Counted from the first letter of the stretch, positions 45,401-60,859 are shown. The stretch is DNA of 64,000 nucleotides from Macrostomum hystrix (GCA_950097015.1 CATNEN010000003.1:5270001-5334000), one strand, 5' to 3'. A program made the numbers and translations. The notes: generated from the sequence alone by a model not told the origin.

Positions 45401-46833
45401 TTCCTGAAGGTTTATTTTAGATGGTTCCTGAAGGTTTATTTTAGATGTTTCCTGAAGGTTTATTTTAGATGTTTCCTGAAGGTTTATTTTAGATGGTTCC
45501 TGAAGGGTTATTTTAGATGGTTCCTGAAGGTTTATTTTAGATGGTTCCTGAAGGTTTATTTTAGATGTTTCCTGAAGGTTTATTTTAGATGTTTCCTGAA
45601 GGTTTATTTTAGATGTTTCCTGAAGGTTTATTTTAGATGGTTCCTGAAGGTTTATTTTAGATGGTTCCTGAAGGTTTATTTTAGATGTTTCCTGAAGGTT
45701 TATTTTAGATGGTTCCTGAAGGTTTATTTTAGATGTTTCCTGAAGGTTTATTTTAGATGGTTCCTGAAGGTTTATTTTAGATGGTTCCTGAAGGTTTATT
45801 TTAGATGTTTCCTGAAGGTTTATTTTAGATGTTTCCTGAAGGTTTATTTTAGATGGTTCCTGAAGGGTTATTTTAGATGGTTCCTGAAGGTTTATTTTAG
45901 ATGGTTCCTGAAGGTTTATTTTAGATGTTTCCTGAAGGTTTATTTTAGATGTTTCCTGAAGGTTTATTTTAGATGGTTCCTGAAGGGTTATTTTAGATGG
46001 TTCCTGAAGGTTTATTTTAGATGGTTCCTGAAGGTTTATTTTAGATGTTTCCTGAAGGTTTATTTTAGATGTTTCCTGAAGGTTTATTTTAGATGGTTCC
46101 TGAAGGGTTATTTTAGATGGTTCCTGAAGGTTTATTTTAGATGGTTCCTGAAGGTTTATTTTAGATGTTTCCTGAAGGTTTATTTTAGATGTTTCCTGAA
46201 GGTTTATTTTAGATGGTTCCTGAAGGTTTATTTTAGATGGTTCCTGAAGGTTTATTTTAGATGTTTCCTGAAGGTTTAGGACAAAGAGTCCTTGAATGTT
46301 TATGGAACAGCCTAAATGATGGGGACGCGGCTCAAGAATAGAAAAGAATAATTTTAAATTTACCCATTGTAACTATGTATCTCTGATGATCATTTATCCC
46401 ACAGGTGCGGTACTCCAGTAATCGCTTAGTTGACTTCACACCTTTGGCCGAATTTAACACCTACACTAAACTGCTGCTAGAGGTGACCGAGATGAGGCCG
46501 GAGCTGCTTGCCCTGTACTGCGCAGCCAAGCTGCTCTACCTGCCGCCAAAGGAGACGGGCATAACTGATCAGCGAATGATGGACGCCTGCGCTAGACTAG
46601 GCCTTCGCTATCATCAGCACCTGGTTGACTCGCTCTATTATCACTATCCTTTCGACTTCGATAACAAACTGCGCGCCTGCTGTCGCCTGTTCAAGTGGTC
46701 GCTTGGATTTGATAGAACCCTGCAGAGCTTCATTCAGTACTGCCCGCTGACTGTTGATAGCCACTGCAGCAGCAGCAGCAGCAACAGCAAGGTTAACGAT
46801 TTGACCACTGAAGAGTTCCAAATGTCTGATTAA
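41849..46833 (+). CDS. HR96: Nuclear hormone receptor, NR1J (HR96/DAF-12/NHR-8)-type; exons 41849-42952 and 46405-46833; 510 aa
   Basis: C4 zinc fingers CLVCG..A..YNFGVISCESCKAFFRRNA (ESCKA P-box typical of NR1J) and RKKCPGCRLAKCFAVGM. Q/P/S-rich hinge and divergent LBD. Junction CTG|GTAAGT..CCACAG|GTG, phase 0. Confidence 0.85.
43005..46278. repeat. 24-bp minisatellite (GAAGGTTTATTTTAGATGGTTCCT)n, preceded by a 27-bp variant, filling the nuclear receptor intron
   Basis: Visible array with variant units repeating in 5-unit (120-bp) blocks. Confidence 0.97.
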
Positions 46834-46944
46834 GAGGCCTAAGTACTCAACTTTTCTGCGAATCGCTTCCCCGTGTTTTCGGGAAGTATGAGGATAAAAA
46901 ATTGTGAAGTAAGGGGATTTTTAGATTTAAAACTATCGTGAGGG

Positions 46945-47668
46945 GATTTCTTGATTGAGAACTGTCATGTGGGATTTCTTGATTGAGAACTATTATGTGG
47001 GATTTCTAGATTGAGAACTGTCATGTGGGATTTCTAGATTGAGAACTGTCATGTGGGATTTCTAGATTGAGAACTGTCATGTGGGATTTCTAGATTGAGA
47101 ACTGTCATGTGGGATTTCTAGATTGAGAACTGTCATGTGGGATTTCTAGATTGAGAACTGTCATGTGGGATTTCTAGATTGAGAACTGTCATGTGGGATT
47201 TATAGATTGAGAACTGTCATGTGGGATTTCTAGATCGAGAACTGTCATGTGGGATTTCTAGATTGAGAACTGTCATGTGGGATTTCTAGATTGAGAACTG
47301 TCATGTGGGATTTCTAGATTGAGAACTGTCATGTGGGATTTCTAGATTGAGAACTGTCATGTGGGATTTCTAGATTGAGAACTATCATGTGGGATTTCTA
47401 GATTGAGAACTGTCATGTGGGATTTCTAGATTGAGAACTGTCATGTGGGATTTCTAGATTGAGAACTGTCATGTGGGATTTCTAGATTGAGAACTATCAT
47501 GTGGGATTTCTAGATTGAGAACTGTCATGTGGGATTTCTAGATTGAGAACTGTCATGTGGGATTTCTAGATTGAGAACTATCATGTGGGATTTCTAGATT
47601 GAGAACTGTCATGTGGGATTTCTAGATTGAGAACTGTCATGTGGGATTTCTAGATTGAGAACTGTCAT
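46945..47668. repeat. 28-bp minisatellite (GAGAACTGTCATGTGGGATTTCTAGATT)n
   Basis: Visible array just downstream of the nuclear receptor stop codon. Confidence 0.97.
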
Positions 47669-48269
47669 GAACGAATTATAGATTAAGAATTTCCCTTATA
47701 AATTTTATTTTGTTGTCCATTGTCTTGTCCAATTGTCCAATTAGTTAGCTTTCAAAGCTGTAATATTCTAAATGCAATGAATTACGGAATTCAATGATTA
47801 GGTCAGTGCGAAAGATTCTTAAGATGCGCAGTGCATGATTTGCTGATTTGAGACTTTGATTTTTTCACTTCGTGCGTCGTCGTAATGTAAAGTACAATAA
47901 TTGCAGTAATACTATGTGTAGCTTTTTTGCTAATAACTCTTCTCTACTTTCAAAGTAACATTTGACAAATTTTCTCCACAGAAAATGTTGGAAGTGGATT
48001 TAACAACTGTCCTGTTTAATAAGGTTACTGTTGCTATAGATTATCATTATTATTATTATTACTCTTATTCTTATTATCTTGTGCTTTACTCTATCGACTA
48101 ATCATGTCTGTTTTTTAGCAGCAGCTTAAGAAAAGATTGAGCATTTTTTCTTTGATGAACTATAGTGTGTCCACTTTTGTTTTGTCATTTTTGATGCTTC
48201 GCACTCGCTAGCTGTGAGCAGTGCCTATTGTCTGTCTGTTTGTTATCTTATAGCTTCAATAGTATCACT

Positions 48270-48670
48270 CCATTCTCACTCTACCTCTCCTATTCTCATT
48301 CTCTACCTCTCCTATTTTCATTCTCTACCTCTCCTATTCTCACTCTACCTCTCCTATTCTCACTCTCTACCTCTCCTATTCTCACTCTCTACCTCTCCTA
48401 TTCTCACTCTCTACCTCTCCTATTCTCACTCTCTACCTCTCCTATTCTCACTCTCTACCTCTCCTATTCTCACTCTCTACCTCTCCTATTCTCACTCTCT
48501 ACCTATCCTATTCTCACTCTCTACCTCTCCTATTCTCACTCTCTACGTCTCCTATTCTCACTCTACCTCTCCTATTCTCACTCTCTACCTCTCCTATTCT
48601 CATTCTCTACCTCTCCTATTCTCACTCTCTACCTCTCCTATTCTCACTCTCTACCTCTCCTATTCTCGCT
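48270..48670. repeat. 22-bp pyrimidine-rich minisatellite (CTCTCTACCTCTCCTATTCTCA)n
   Basis: Visible array. Confidence 0.95.
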
Positions 48671-49650
48671 CCCCTTCTTCACGCCTACAGATCAGCAGAT
48701 CAGATAAAGGAGAATTGAATCAAGTTTACAGTTTTTTAACTGTCAAAATACGAAAAGCTTTTATCTAGAACGGATAGCATAGTAATGAGTTATTGTTAGC
48801 TGGTCCAATTCTTTTTAGTCTCGGCAATTGTTCTTGGTCATAATTTCAAATTATTACGAGATCTCGTAATGATCTTTAACTGGCTGTGAGGCTGTAAGAG
48901 CATTAACTCACACACGAATTTCTACAACACTGTCCTATGGTTTCAACTGTATGCTTCTTATCGCTTTAACTTGATTAATTATGATTAATCATAATTAATT
49001 ATTATAATTATGATTATGCTATTTTTACTTTCATATGTAAGATTTTACTATATAACAAACATAAAAAATGTGCGGTCAACTCTTATGTAATGTTCAACTA
49101 TGTTTCCTTTGTTCTTGTGTGGCTTTTTAGCGCATAGAAAGCAGAATTCAGCCACAGAGGCGTAGTACCAGCACTACTTTAAATATATTTACTTTGTCTG
49201 TCTGTCTGTATTCATTTCTGGTATCGTAAGACAATACATTTTTTAACAAGCCATTATTTAGCTGGTTTATTGTTGTTCGTCAAAAATGATGGTCCAGTGA
49301 TTTTATTTCTTTATATTTATTTCACTCGAATAATATTTTATGACATTAAAGATCGTCTCAAAAAATGATGAAATAATTTTGGCTCGAATGACTGGCTCAT
49401 CTAAATGACTCATTCTCTCTAGAGAATAGACTAGAACAAATGCTCACAGAAGCAAATGAAATTTCAGGCCGATCAGCAAATGATTCAATGGAATATTACA
49501 TGTAAATAACATTCTTTTCCCCGTCTATATCCTATCGAATCCCCACTAACTATTTGATCTCTAGAGATTAAAATCGAATGATTTGCTTTTTTCCAACTCT
49601 TTTGCAGATAGCTTCTAGACGAGCGGATCACCCGAGAAATATTGTCGCCT

Positions 49651-52245
<2,595 letters not shown>

Positions 52246-52359
52246 CTGCTGGCACTGTTTGCTAGACTTGGCTAGGCTTTCATTTCATAGCGTTTTAATT
52301 GTTTGTTAAAACTAATTGCACTCGACACAACTGGGTGAGTGCTTTTGGGGATTCGGCCT

Positions 52360-52790
52360 TCTCTATCCTTCCTCTCTATCTCTCCCTCTCTCTCTCTCCC
52401 TCTCTCTCCTCTCTCCCTCTCCCTCTCCCTCTCTCCCCTTCGCTCTCCCTCTCCCTCTCTCTCTCCCTCTCTCTCCCTCTCCCTCTCCCTCTCTCTCCCT
52501 CTCCCTCTCCCCCTCGCTCTCCCTCTCCCTCTCTCTCCCCCTCGCTTTCCTCTCCCTCTCCCTCTCCCCCACGCTCTCCCTCTCCCTCTCCCTCTCTCTC
52601 CCTCTCCCTCTCCCCCTCGCTTTCCTCTCCCTCTCCCCCTCGCTCTCCCTCTCCCTCTCCCTCTCCCCCAAGCTCTCCCTCTCCCTCTCTCTGCCTCTCC
52701 CTCTCCCCCTCGCTTTCCCTCTCCCTCTCCCTCTCTCTCTCCCCCTCGCACTCCCTTTTCTCCCTGTCTCCCACTCTCACTCTGCCTTTC
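52360..52790. repeat. Polypyrimidine (CT/CCCTCT) low-complexity tract
   Basis: Visible tract. Confidence 0.95.
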
Positions 52791-53414
52791 TTCGTCTCTC
52801 TACTTCGTGTCTTCCTATGTCTCACCATTTTTCTCTTTATTTAACCTCTGCGCTTCTCTTTACTGCATTGAAGGTTCTCTCCTCTTTCTCCCTCGCTTCC
52901 CCAATCTCTTCGTATCTCCCCCACCATCATCCATGTATCGTTAAATTAATTGTTTCGATACATATCGTCAGGCTTTATTCTCATACATAGGCTTCTTGTT
53001 AGAAGTGCATGGGAGGGCGTTGGTCAATTGGGGCTGCATACAGTTATCAGCGAGACTACCTGCCCACAATCTTTTATCTATAAAGTGCACTAATAAAGCT
53101 TCGCTTTAGGCTAGTGCATTTTTGGGAAATTTTTCCCATAGCTTTATCTAGTAAATCCTAGTGGACTTCTTTATTTAACCGTGGCGCTGTAATCTCGTCT
53201 CGCGCAAAAGTCCTTAAAATCACGTGGTGCTTTACGAGTACTTCGCATATCTCGCGCTTGGCTTCGGCTTGTAATATAGTACAGCTAAGGACTTCACAAA
53301 AGTACAATTGTCTCCCCGAGTTTGAGATTATGAAATCACTCTCTAGAAGTACAGCGCTGTCAAAATATTTTTGGGAGGCCTGTTAGCAATGGCGCATTTA
53401 TATTGATGTTGTAC

Positions 53415-53703
53415 CCGTTGACAGCGAGAAGGCAATTCTGCCCATTCGGCTGACTCCTGAGCACACAAGCACACAGATACTGTACGCAGGTACACGCTCA
53501 CACAGGTGTGTACATCTGCCTTAACTTTCTCATCGTCAGGCAGTGTACACTCTCACTGCACCTTGGAGGTGGGCGCTCAAAAGCGTAAATTGCACGACAA
53601 GCCCCGAAGCCTTCTCTCCGCGTCTGCGCCCCAATTAAATGTGGCCTCGCCGCGGAATCGAACTCACTAACCGTGGTTCGAGAGGCAGACGCGTTACACT
53701 GCT
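53415..53703 (-). mobile_element. tRNA-derived SINE family B copy
   Basis: Minus-strand B box GAGTTCGATTCC and a body colinear with the 18592 copy. Confidence 0.8.
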
Positions 53704-53979
53704 ATAGTAATTTATTATTTCGTTAAAATTGTACGAAAAAGTACAAAGTTTGCAAAAACAAATACACGTTCGCACTTTTTGCATTTTAAGTACCGGTTTA
53801 TCATCAGGACTGTTTCATTTTGAATCTTTTAATATGGTGTTTGTCTTTTTAGAAAACTTGATGACTTGGAATATACGAGAGTTAGCTAGTCCTAGACAAG
53901 TGTTAATTACACTGCCCCACAATGCCCGACATATCCTTTATCAAAATGTACTTTCTCTTTTATCGTAAAATTGACTATA

Positions 53980-54712
53980 TGAAATTCATGAAATGTGAAG
54001 TTCATAATGTGAATTTCATGGAATGTGAAGTTAATTATGTGAATTTCATGGAATGTGAAGTTAATTATGTGAATTTCATGGAATGTGAAGTTAATTATGT
54101 GAATTTCATGGAATGTGAAGTTAATTATGTGAAAGTCATGGAATGTGAAGTTCATAATGTGAAAGTCATGGAATGTGAAGTTAATTATGTGAAAGTCATG
54201 GAATGTGAAGTTAATTATGTGAAAGTCATGGAATGTGAAGTTAATTATGTGAAAGTCATGGAATGTGAAGTTAATTATGTGAAAGTCATCGAATGTAAAG
54301 TCAGGTCTGTGAAATTGATGTAAAATAAAGTAAAGTTTGTGAATTTCATGGAATGTAAACTACAGTATGTGACATTCATGGAATGTAAACTACAGTATGT
54401 GACATTCATGGAATGTAAACTGGAGCATGTAAATTTCATGGAATGTAAACTGCGGTATATGAATTTCATGGAATTTAAACTGCGGTATATGAAATTCATG
54501 GAATGTAAACTGCAGTATGTGAATTTCATGGAATGTAAACTGCGGTATATGAAATTCATGGAATGTAAACTGCGGTCTATGAAATTCATGGAATGTAAAC
54601 TGCGGTATATGAATTTCATGGAATGTAAACTAGAGTATTTGAAATTCATGGAATGTGAAATCGAGTATTTGAAATTCATGGAATGTGAAATCGAGTATGT
54701 GAAATTCATAGA
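53980..54712. repeat. 30-bp minisatellite (GAATTTCATGGAATGTGAAGTTAATTATGT and GAATGTAAACTGCGGTATAT variants)
   Basis: Visible array with two sub-domains. Confidence 0.93.
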
Positions 54713-55401
54713 ATGGCTTACATTATGCATCCGCGTGTTTGCTCATTGAAGCAAAAATTAGTGACAAAATAAATGTTCAGTTTGGCCCTGCCTACGCCAC
54801 ACGGGTCTAATGTCTGCTCAATTTCTCACCATTCTCTTACCTCTGTAGGGGTGCAGTGAGCGCGTCTCTTTCCAATCAGCCCAGGTTTGTCCTACTTTGT
54901 AACGGAGAATATTATATTGCTCGCATGCTTGTTTAATAGTGCATGCACTACAATCTGTATGTCCCCTTCACCCCCCCCCCCAGCCACTGAGTCCTAGTTT
55001 ATTGTCTCTTCTTTTGTGTCGCTTCATTCTTTAGCGGTTGCTAGGGGGCCAAACAGAGGTCACACTGGGGCTGACTGGGGCTGCAGTCATGGCATCCCGT
55101 TTGCCCTCTGGGCCACTACGGCTTAGGCTTAAAGAGATTTTCCTGACAAAGTATGACATTTTCCGTGCTTTTTTTAGAAAACGTTACTTTAGAGCAGGAA
55201 ATAACCTTAGCAAAAAATTAGTTTTTTTTAATGCATGTTCTTTAATACAGTTTGAGTTTTTTAGTTTATTTCGGGTTGTCTCGAATTTCGTGTTGTCGCA
55301 TTTCATATTTTTTTGTTTGAGTTTGCTTTTATTTAGTTTTGGGTTTTGACAAGTTTCTGGTTTTTATCAATACTCGGTTTTACTTCATTCTTACTCAGAG
55401 T

Positions 55402-58400
55402 TGACACCCCTGATCCGACTCTGACAGCCCTGATCACTGTCTGACACTCCTGATCAGTGTCTGACACCCCTGATCCGTGTCTGACACTCCTGATCAGTGT
55501 CTGACACTCCTGATCCGTGTCTGACACCCCTGATCAGTGTCTGACACCCCTGATCCGTGTCTGACACTCCTGATCCGTGTCTGACACCCCTGATCAGTGT
55601 CTGACACCCCTGATCTCACTGTGTCTGACACTCCTGATCAGTGTCTGACACCCTTGATCCGTGTCTGACACTCCTGATCCGTGTCTGACACCCCTGATCC
55701 GTGTCTGACACTCCTGATCAGTGTCTGACACTCCTGATCACTGTCTGACACTCCTGATCACTGTCTGACACTCCTGATCCGTGTCTGACACCCATGATCA
55801 GTGTCTGACACTCCTGATCCGTGTCTGACACTCCTGATCAGTGTCTGACACTCCTGATCCGTGTCTGACACTCCTGATCCGTGTCTGACACCCCTGATCA
55901 CTGTCTGACACTCCTGATCCGTGTCTGACACTCCTGATCCGTGTCTGACACCCCTGATCACTGTCTGACACTCCTGATCACTGTCTGACACTCCTGATCA
56001 CTGTCTGACACTCCTGATCCGTGTCTGACACCCATGATCAGTGTCTGACACTCCTGATCCGTGTCTGACACTCCTGATCAGTGTCTGACACTCCTGATCC
56101 GTGTCTGACACTCCTGATCCGTGTCTGACACCCCTGATCACTGTCTGACACTCCTGATCCGTGTCTGACACTCCTGATCCGTGTCTGACACCCCTGATCC
56201 GTGTCTGACACTCCTGATCAGTGTCTGACACTCCTGATCACTGTCTGACACTCCTGATCACTGTCTGACACTCCTGATCCGTGTCTGACACCCATGATCA
56301 GTGTCTGACACTCCTGATCCGTGTCTGACACTCCTGATCAGTGTCTGACACTCCTGATCCGTGTCTGACACTCCTGATCCGTGTCTGACACCCCTGATCA
56401 CTGTCTGACACTCCTGATCCGTGTCTGACACTCCTGATCCGTGTCTGACACCCCTGATCACTGTCTGACACTCCTGATCACTGTCTGACACTCCTGATCA
56501 CTGTCTGACACTCCTGATCCGTGTCTGACACCCATGATCAGTGTCTGACACTCCTGATCCGTGTCTGACACTCCTGATCAGTGTCTGACACTCCTGATCC
56601 GTGTCTGACACTCCTGATCCGTGTCTGACACCCCTGATCACTGTCTGACACTCCTGATCCGTGTCTGACACTCCTGATCCGTGTCTGACACCCCTGATCC
56701 GTGTCTGACACTCCTGATCAGTGTCTGACACTCCTGATCACTGTCTGACACTCCTGATCACTGTCTGACACTCCTGATCCGTGTCTGACACTCCTGATCA
56801 CTGTCTGACACTCCTGATCCGTGTCTGACACTCCTGATCCGTGTCTGACACCCCTGATCACTGTCTGACACTCCTGATCCGTGTCTGACACTCCTGATCC
56901 GTGTCTGACACTCCTGATCCGTGTCTGACACCCCTGATCCGTGTCTGACACTCCTGATCAGTGTCTGACACTCCTGATCACTGTCTGACACTCCTGATCA
57001 CTGTCTGACACTCCTGATCCGTGTCTGACACTCCTGATCACTGTCTGACACTCCTGATCAGTGTCTGGCACCCCTGATCCGTGTCTGACACTCCTGATCA
57101 GTGTCTGACACTCCTGATCCGTGTCTGACACTCCTGATCAGTGTCTGACTCTCCTGATCCGTGTCTGACACTCCTGATCCGTGTCTGACACCCCTGATCC
57201 GTGTCTGACACCCCTGATCCGTGTCTGACACTCATGATCCGTGTCTGACACCCCTGATCCGTGTCTGACACCCCTGATCTCACTGTGTCTGACACTCCTG
57301 ATCAGTGTCTGACACTCCTGATCCGTGTCTGACACTCCTGATCCGTGTCTGACACCCCTGATCCGTGTCTGACACTCCTGATCCGTGTCTGACACCCCTG
57401 ATCAGTGTCTGACACCCCTGATCTCACTGTGTCTGACACTCCTGATCAGTGTCTGACACTCCTGATCAGTGTCTGACACTCCTGATCAGTGTCTGACACT
57501 CCTGATCCGTGTCTGACACTCCTGATCCGTGTCTGACACCCCTGATCAGTGTCTGACACTCCTGATCCGTGTCTGACACCCCTGATCAGTGTCTGACACC
57601 CCTGATCTCACTGTGTCTGACACCCCTGATCACTGTCTGACACCCCTGATCTCACTGTGTCTGACACCCCTGATCCGTGTCTGACACTCCTGATCCGTGT
57701 CTGACACCCCTGATCAGTGTCTGACACCCCTGATCTCACTGTGTCTGACACCCCTGATCCGTGTCTGACACTCCTGATCCGTGTCTGACACCCCTGATCC
57801 GTGTCTGACACCCCTGATCCGTGTCTGACACCCCTGATCCGAGTCTGACAGCCCTGATCAGTGTCTGACACTCCTGATCAGTGTCTGACACTCCTGATCA
57901 GTGTCTGACACTCCTGATCCGTGTCTGACACTCCTGATCCGTGTCTGACACCCCTGATCAGTGTCTGACACCCCTGATCTCACTGTGTCTGACACCCCTT
58001 AACCGTGTCTGACACTCCTGATCCGTGTCTGACACTCCTGATCCGTGTCTGACACCCCTGATCAGTGTCTGACACCCCTGAACTCACTGTGTCTGACACT
58101 CCTGATCCGAGTCTGACAGCCCTGATCAGTGTCTGACACTCCTGATCCGTGTCTGACACCCCTGATCAGTGTCTGACACCCCTGATCTCACTGTGTCTGA
58201 CACTCCTGATCCGAGTCTGACAGCCCTGATCAGTGTCTGACACTCCTGATCCGTGTCTGATACCCCTGATCTCACTGTGTCTGACACTCCTGATCAGTGT
58301 CTGACACTCCTGATCAGAGTCTGACACTCCTGATCAGAGTCTGACACTCCTGATCCGTGTCTGATACCCCTGATCTCACTGTGTCTGACACTCCTGATCC

Positions 58401-58610
58401 GTGTCTGATACCCCTGATCTCACTGTGTCTGACACTCCTGATCAGAGTCTGACACTCCTGATCAGTGTCTGACACTCCTGATCCGTGTCTGACACCCCTG
58501 ATCTCACTGTGTCTGACACTCCTGATCTCACTGTGTCTGACACTCCTGATCAGTGTCTGACACCCCTGATCCGTGTCTGACACTCCTGATCCGTGTCTGA
58601 CACCCCTGAT
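55402..58610. repeat. 20-bp satellite (GTGTCTGACAC[T/C]CCTGATC[C/A])n with higher-order repeat structure
   Basis: Visible array; the marker variant CCCATGATCA occurs at 55791, 56031, 56291 and 56531. Confidence 0.97.
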
Positions 58611-59114
58611 CCTTTTATTGGTTCCACATTTTACGACTCGTTTTTAGCAAGCTGGTTTGAATAGTTCTTTCAGCACTAACTCTGATATTTTAGTGCATTG
58701 TCAAGTACTTTTTTCCTCCGCTACCTCACTAAATATATCCAATATTTCAGTGAATTGTCTGTCGCTCTGAACTCCTATAATCCAATGAGTAATCCTATCA
58801 TCTGCCTAATCTCTATCTGCGGGAATTGCATGCTTTCAATTAAATTAGGATCCCCTCTTTGATAAATGCATGTTGCTGAGTAGGACCGTCGCCCTTGCTC
58901 TCTCACTCAGTGAGGACTAAATGGACATTTGTCTATTATTAGACTGTCTTTAAGGGTTGTCGTGTCAGTTGATTGTTTGTTAATTAGAGTGCGATTTTTA
59001 ACGTCTTTTTATATTCTTTTTTGTCAGTTTTTTTCTGCTCATGCTGCTCTTCAATTAAAGAATGTGCTTAAGATCTTGATTAGTGGACACTTACTACTTT
59101 CCTCATTTTCCCTG

Positions 59115-59970
59115 ATCCTCAGGTTTCGAGCGGTAATTTCTCCTCATCCTCAGGTTTTGAGCAGTAATTTCTCCTCATCCTCAGGTTTTGAGCAGTAATT
59201 CTTTCTCATCCTCAGGTTTCAAGCATTAATTTCTCCTCATCCTCAGGTTTTGAGCAGTAATTCTTTCTCATCCTCAGGTTTCAAGCATTAATTTCTCCTC
59301 ATCCTCAGGTTTTGAGCAGTAATTCTTTCTCATCCTCAGGTTTCAAGCATTAATTTCTCCTCATTCTCAGGTTTTAAGCAGTAATTCTTTCTCATCCTCA
59401 GGTTTTGAGCAGTAATTCTTTCTCATCCTCAGGTTTCAAGCATTAATTTATCCTCATCCTCAGGTTTTGAGCAGTAATTCTTTCTCATCCTCAGGTTTCA
59501 AGCATTAATTTCTCCTCATTCTCAGGTTTTGAGCAGTAATTCTTTCTCATCCTCAGGTTTTGAGCAGTAATTCTTTCTCATCCTCAGGTTTTGAGCATTA
59601 ATTTCTCCTCATCCTCAGGTTTTGAGCAGTAATTTCTCCTCATTCTCAGGTTTTGAGCAGTAATTCTTTCTCATCCTCAGGTTTCAAGCATTAATTTATC
59701 CTCATCCTCAGGTTTTGAGCAGTAATTCTTTCTCATCCTCAGGTTTCAAGCATTAATTTCTCCTCATTCTCAGGTTTTGAGCAGTAATTCTTTCTCATCC
59801 TCAGGTTTTGAGCAGTAATTCTTTCTCATCCTCAGGTTTTGAGCAGTAATTTCTCCTCATTCTCAGGTTTTGAGCAGTAATTCTTTCTCATCCTCAGGTT
59901 TTGAGCAGTAATTTCTCCTCATCCTCAGGTTTCAAGCATTAATTTCTCCTCATCCTCAGGTTTTGAGCAG
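59115..59970. repeat. 31-bp minisatellite (CTCATCCTCAGGTTTTGAGCAGTAATTCTTT)n
   Basis: Visible array with alternating variants. Confidence 0.95.
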
Positions 59971-60089
59971 CAACTTTCACAGATCATCACGTTTGAGCAG
60001 CCAGTTTGTTCCATCCTAACAAGCTGTATTATAAACTATGCTAATTATTTCTTTCAGCTACTGATCTCCTGTTTATAAACAGCTTAACC

Positions 60090-60821
60090 ATGACTATCGA
60101 TGAAGCGCCAAAACCTTCCTCTGAAGTAGATCCTCTTCCTCAGCCTCCTCCCGCTTCGGAGCCGTCAAGTCAGCAGCAGCAGCAGCAGCAGCACCTAGGC
60201 GTAGCTCTGATTGGTCCGCCAGGGTCAGGCAAGGGCGTCCAATCGCGTCGCTTAGCTGAGCGCTTCGGCCTCTGCCACATCGACATTGGCGCCGTGATAC
60301 GCAGCATGGGCGGCGGCGTCAAAGCCCTGACTGAGCAGGGCCGCCTAGCTGACGACAATCTGGTCAGCGACCTGGTCAGCCAGGACCTCGACAAGCCGCA
60401 TTGCTCGGCTGGCTTCGTCTTAGACGGATTCCCGCGCACACTGGCCCAAGCCGAACGCCTTGACTCCATGCTGCAGCAGCGGAATAGAAAGCTGGACGCT
60501 GTTGTTCAACTGGATCTCAGTCCGGAACTGGCCGCCGAGCGGGTGACCGGCCGGCTGTACCACCCGGCCAGCGGTCGGGTCTATCATCATCGATTCGCGC
60601 CGCCGCGTCGGCCTGGTCACGACGACGAAACTAACGAACCGTTGGCGATGAGGCCGGACGATTTTCCTGACGTTATGCAACGCCGGCTGGCTAGCTACTT
60701 CGAGACCAGCTCCCCGGTACATCAGCACTACGATAGGCTGGGCCTGCTGCGCCGCCTTGATGCCAATCGACCGGCTAATTCCGTCTGGCAGGCTCTGCTG
60801 CGATTCTTTGCTAACGACTGA
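60090..60821 (+). CDS. AK2: Adenylate kinase, long-LID AK2-like, intronless CDS, 243 aa
   Basis: P-loop GPPGSGKG, GFVLDGFPRT..QAE, LID RVTGRLYHPASGRVYH..F.PP...DD.T.EPL..RPDD. Acceptor TTATTTCTTTCAG at about 60057. Confidence 0.85.
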   Translation: MTIDEAPKPSSEVDPLPQPPPASEPSSQQQQQQQHLGVALIGPPGSGKGVQSRRLAERFGLCHIDIGAVIRSMGGGVKALTEQGRLADDNLVSDLVSQDLDKPHCSAGFVLDGFPRTLAQAERLDSMLQQRNRKLDAVVQLDLSPELAAERVTGRLYHPASGRVYHHRFAPPRRPGHDDETNEPLAMRPDDFPDVMQRRLASYFETSSPVHQHYDRLGLLRRLDANRPANSVWQALLRFFAND

Positions 60822-60859
60822 ATCCATAGCTCGACTAACATTCTAGCTATTTAGGTATT

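Noticed and set aside
44063-46279. 738-aa ORF (VYFRWFLK)n
   Set aside because: It is an intronic 24-bp satellite inside the nuclear receptor gene.
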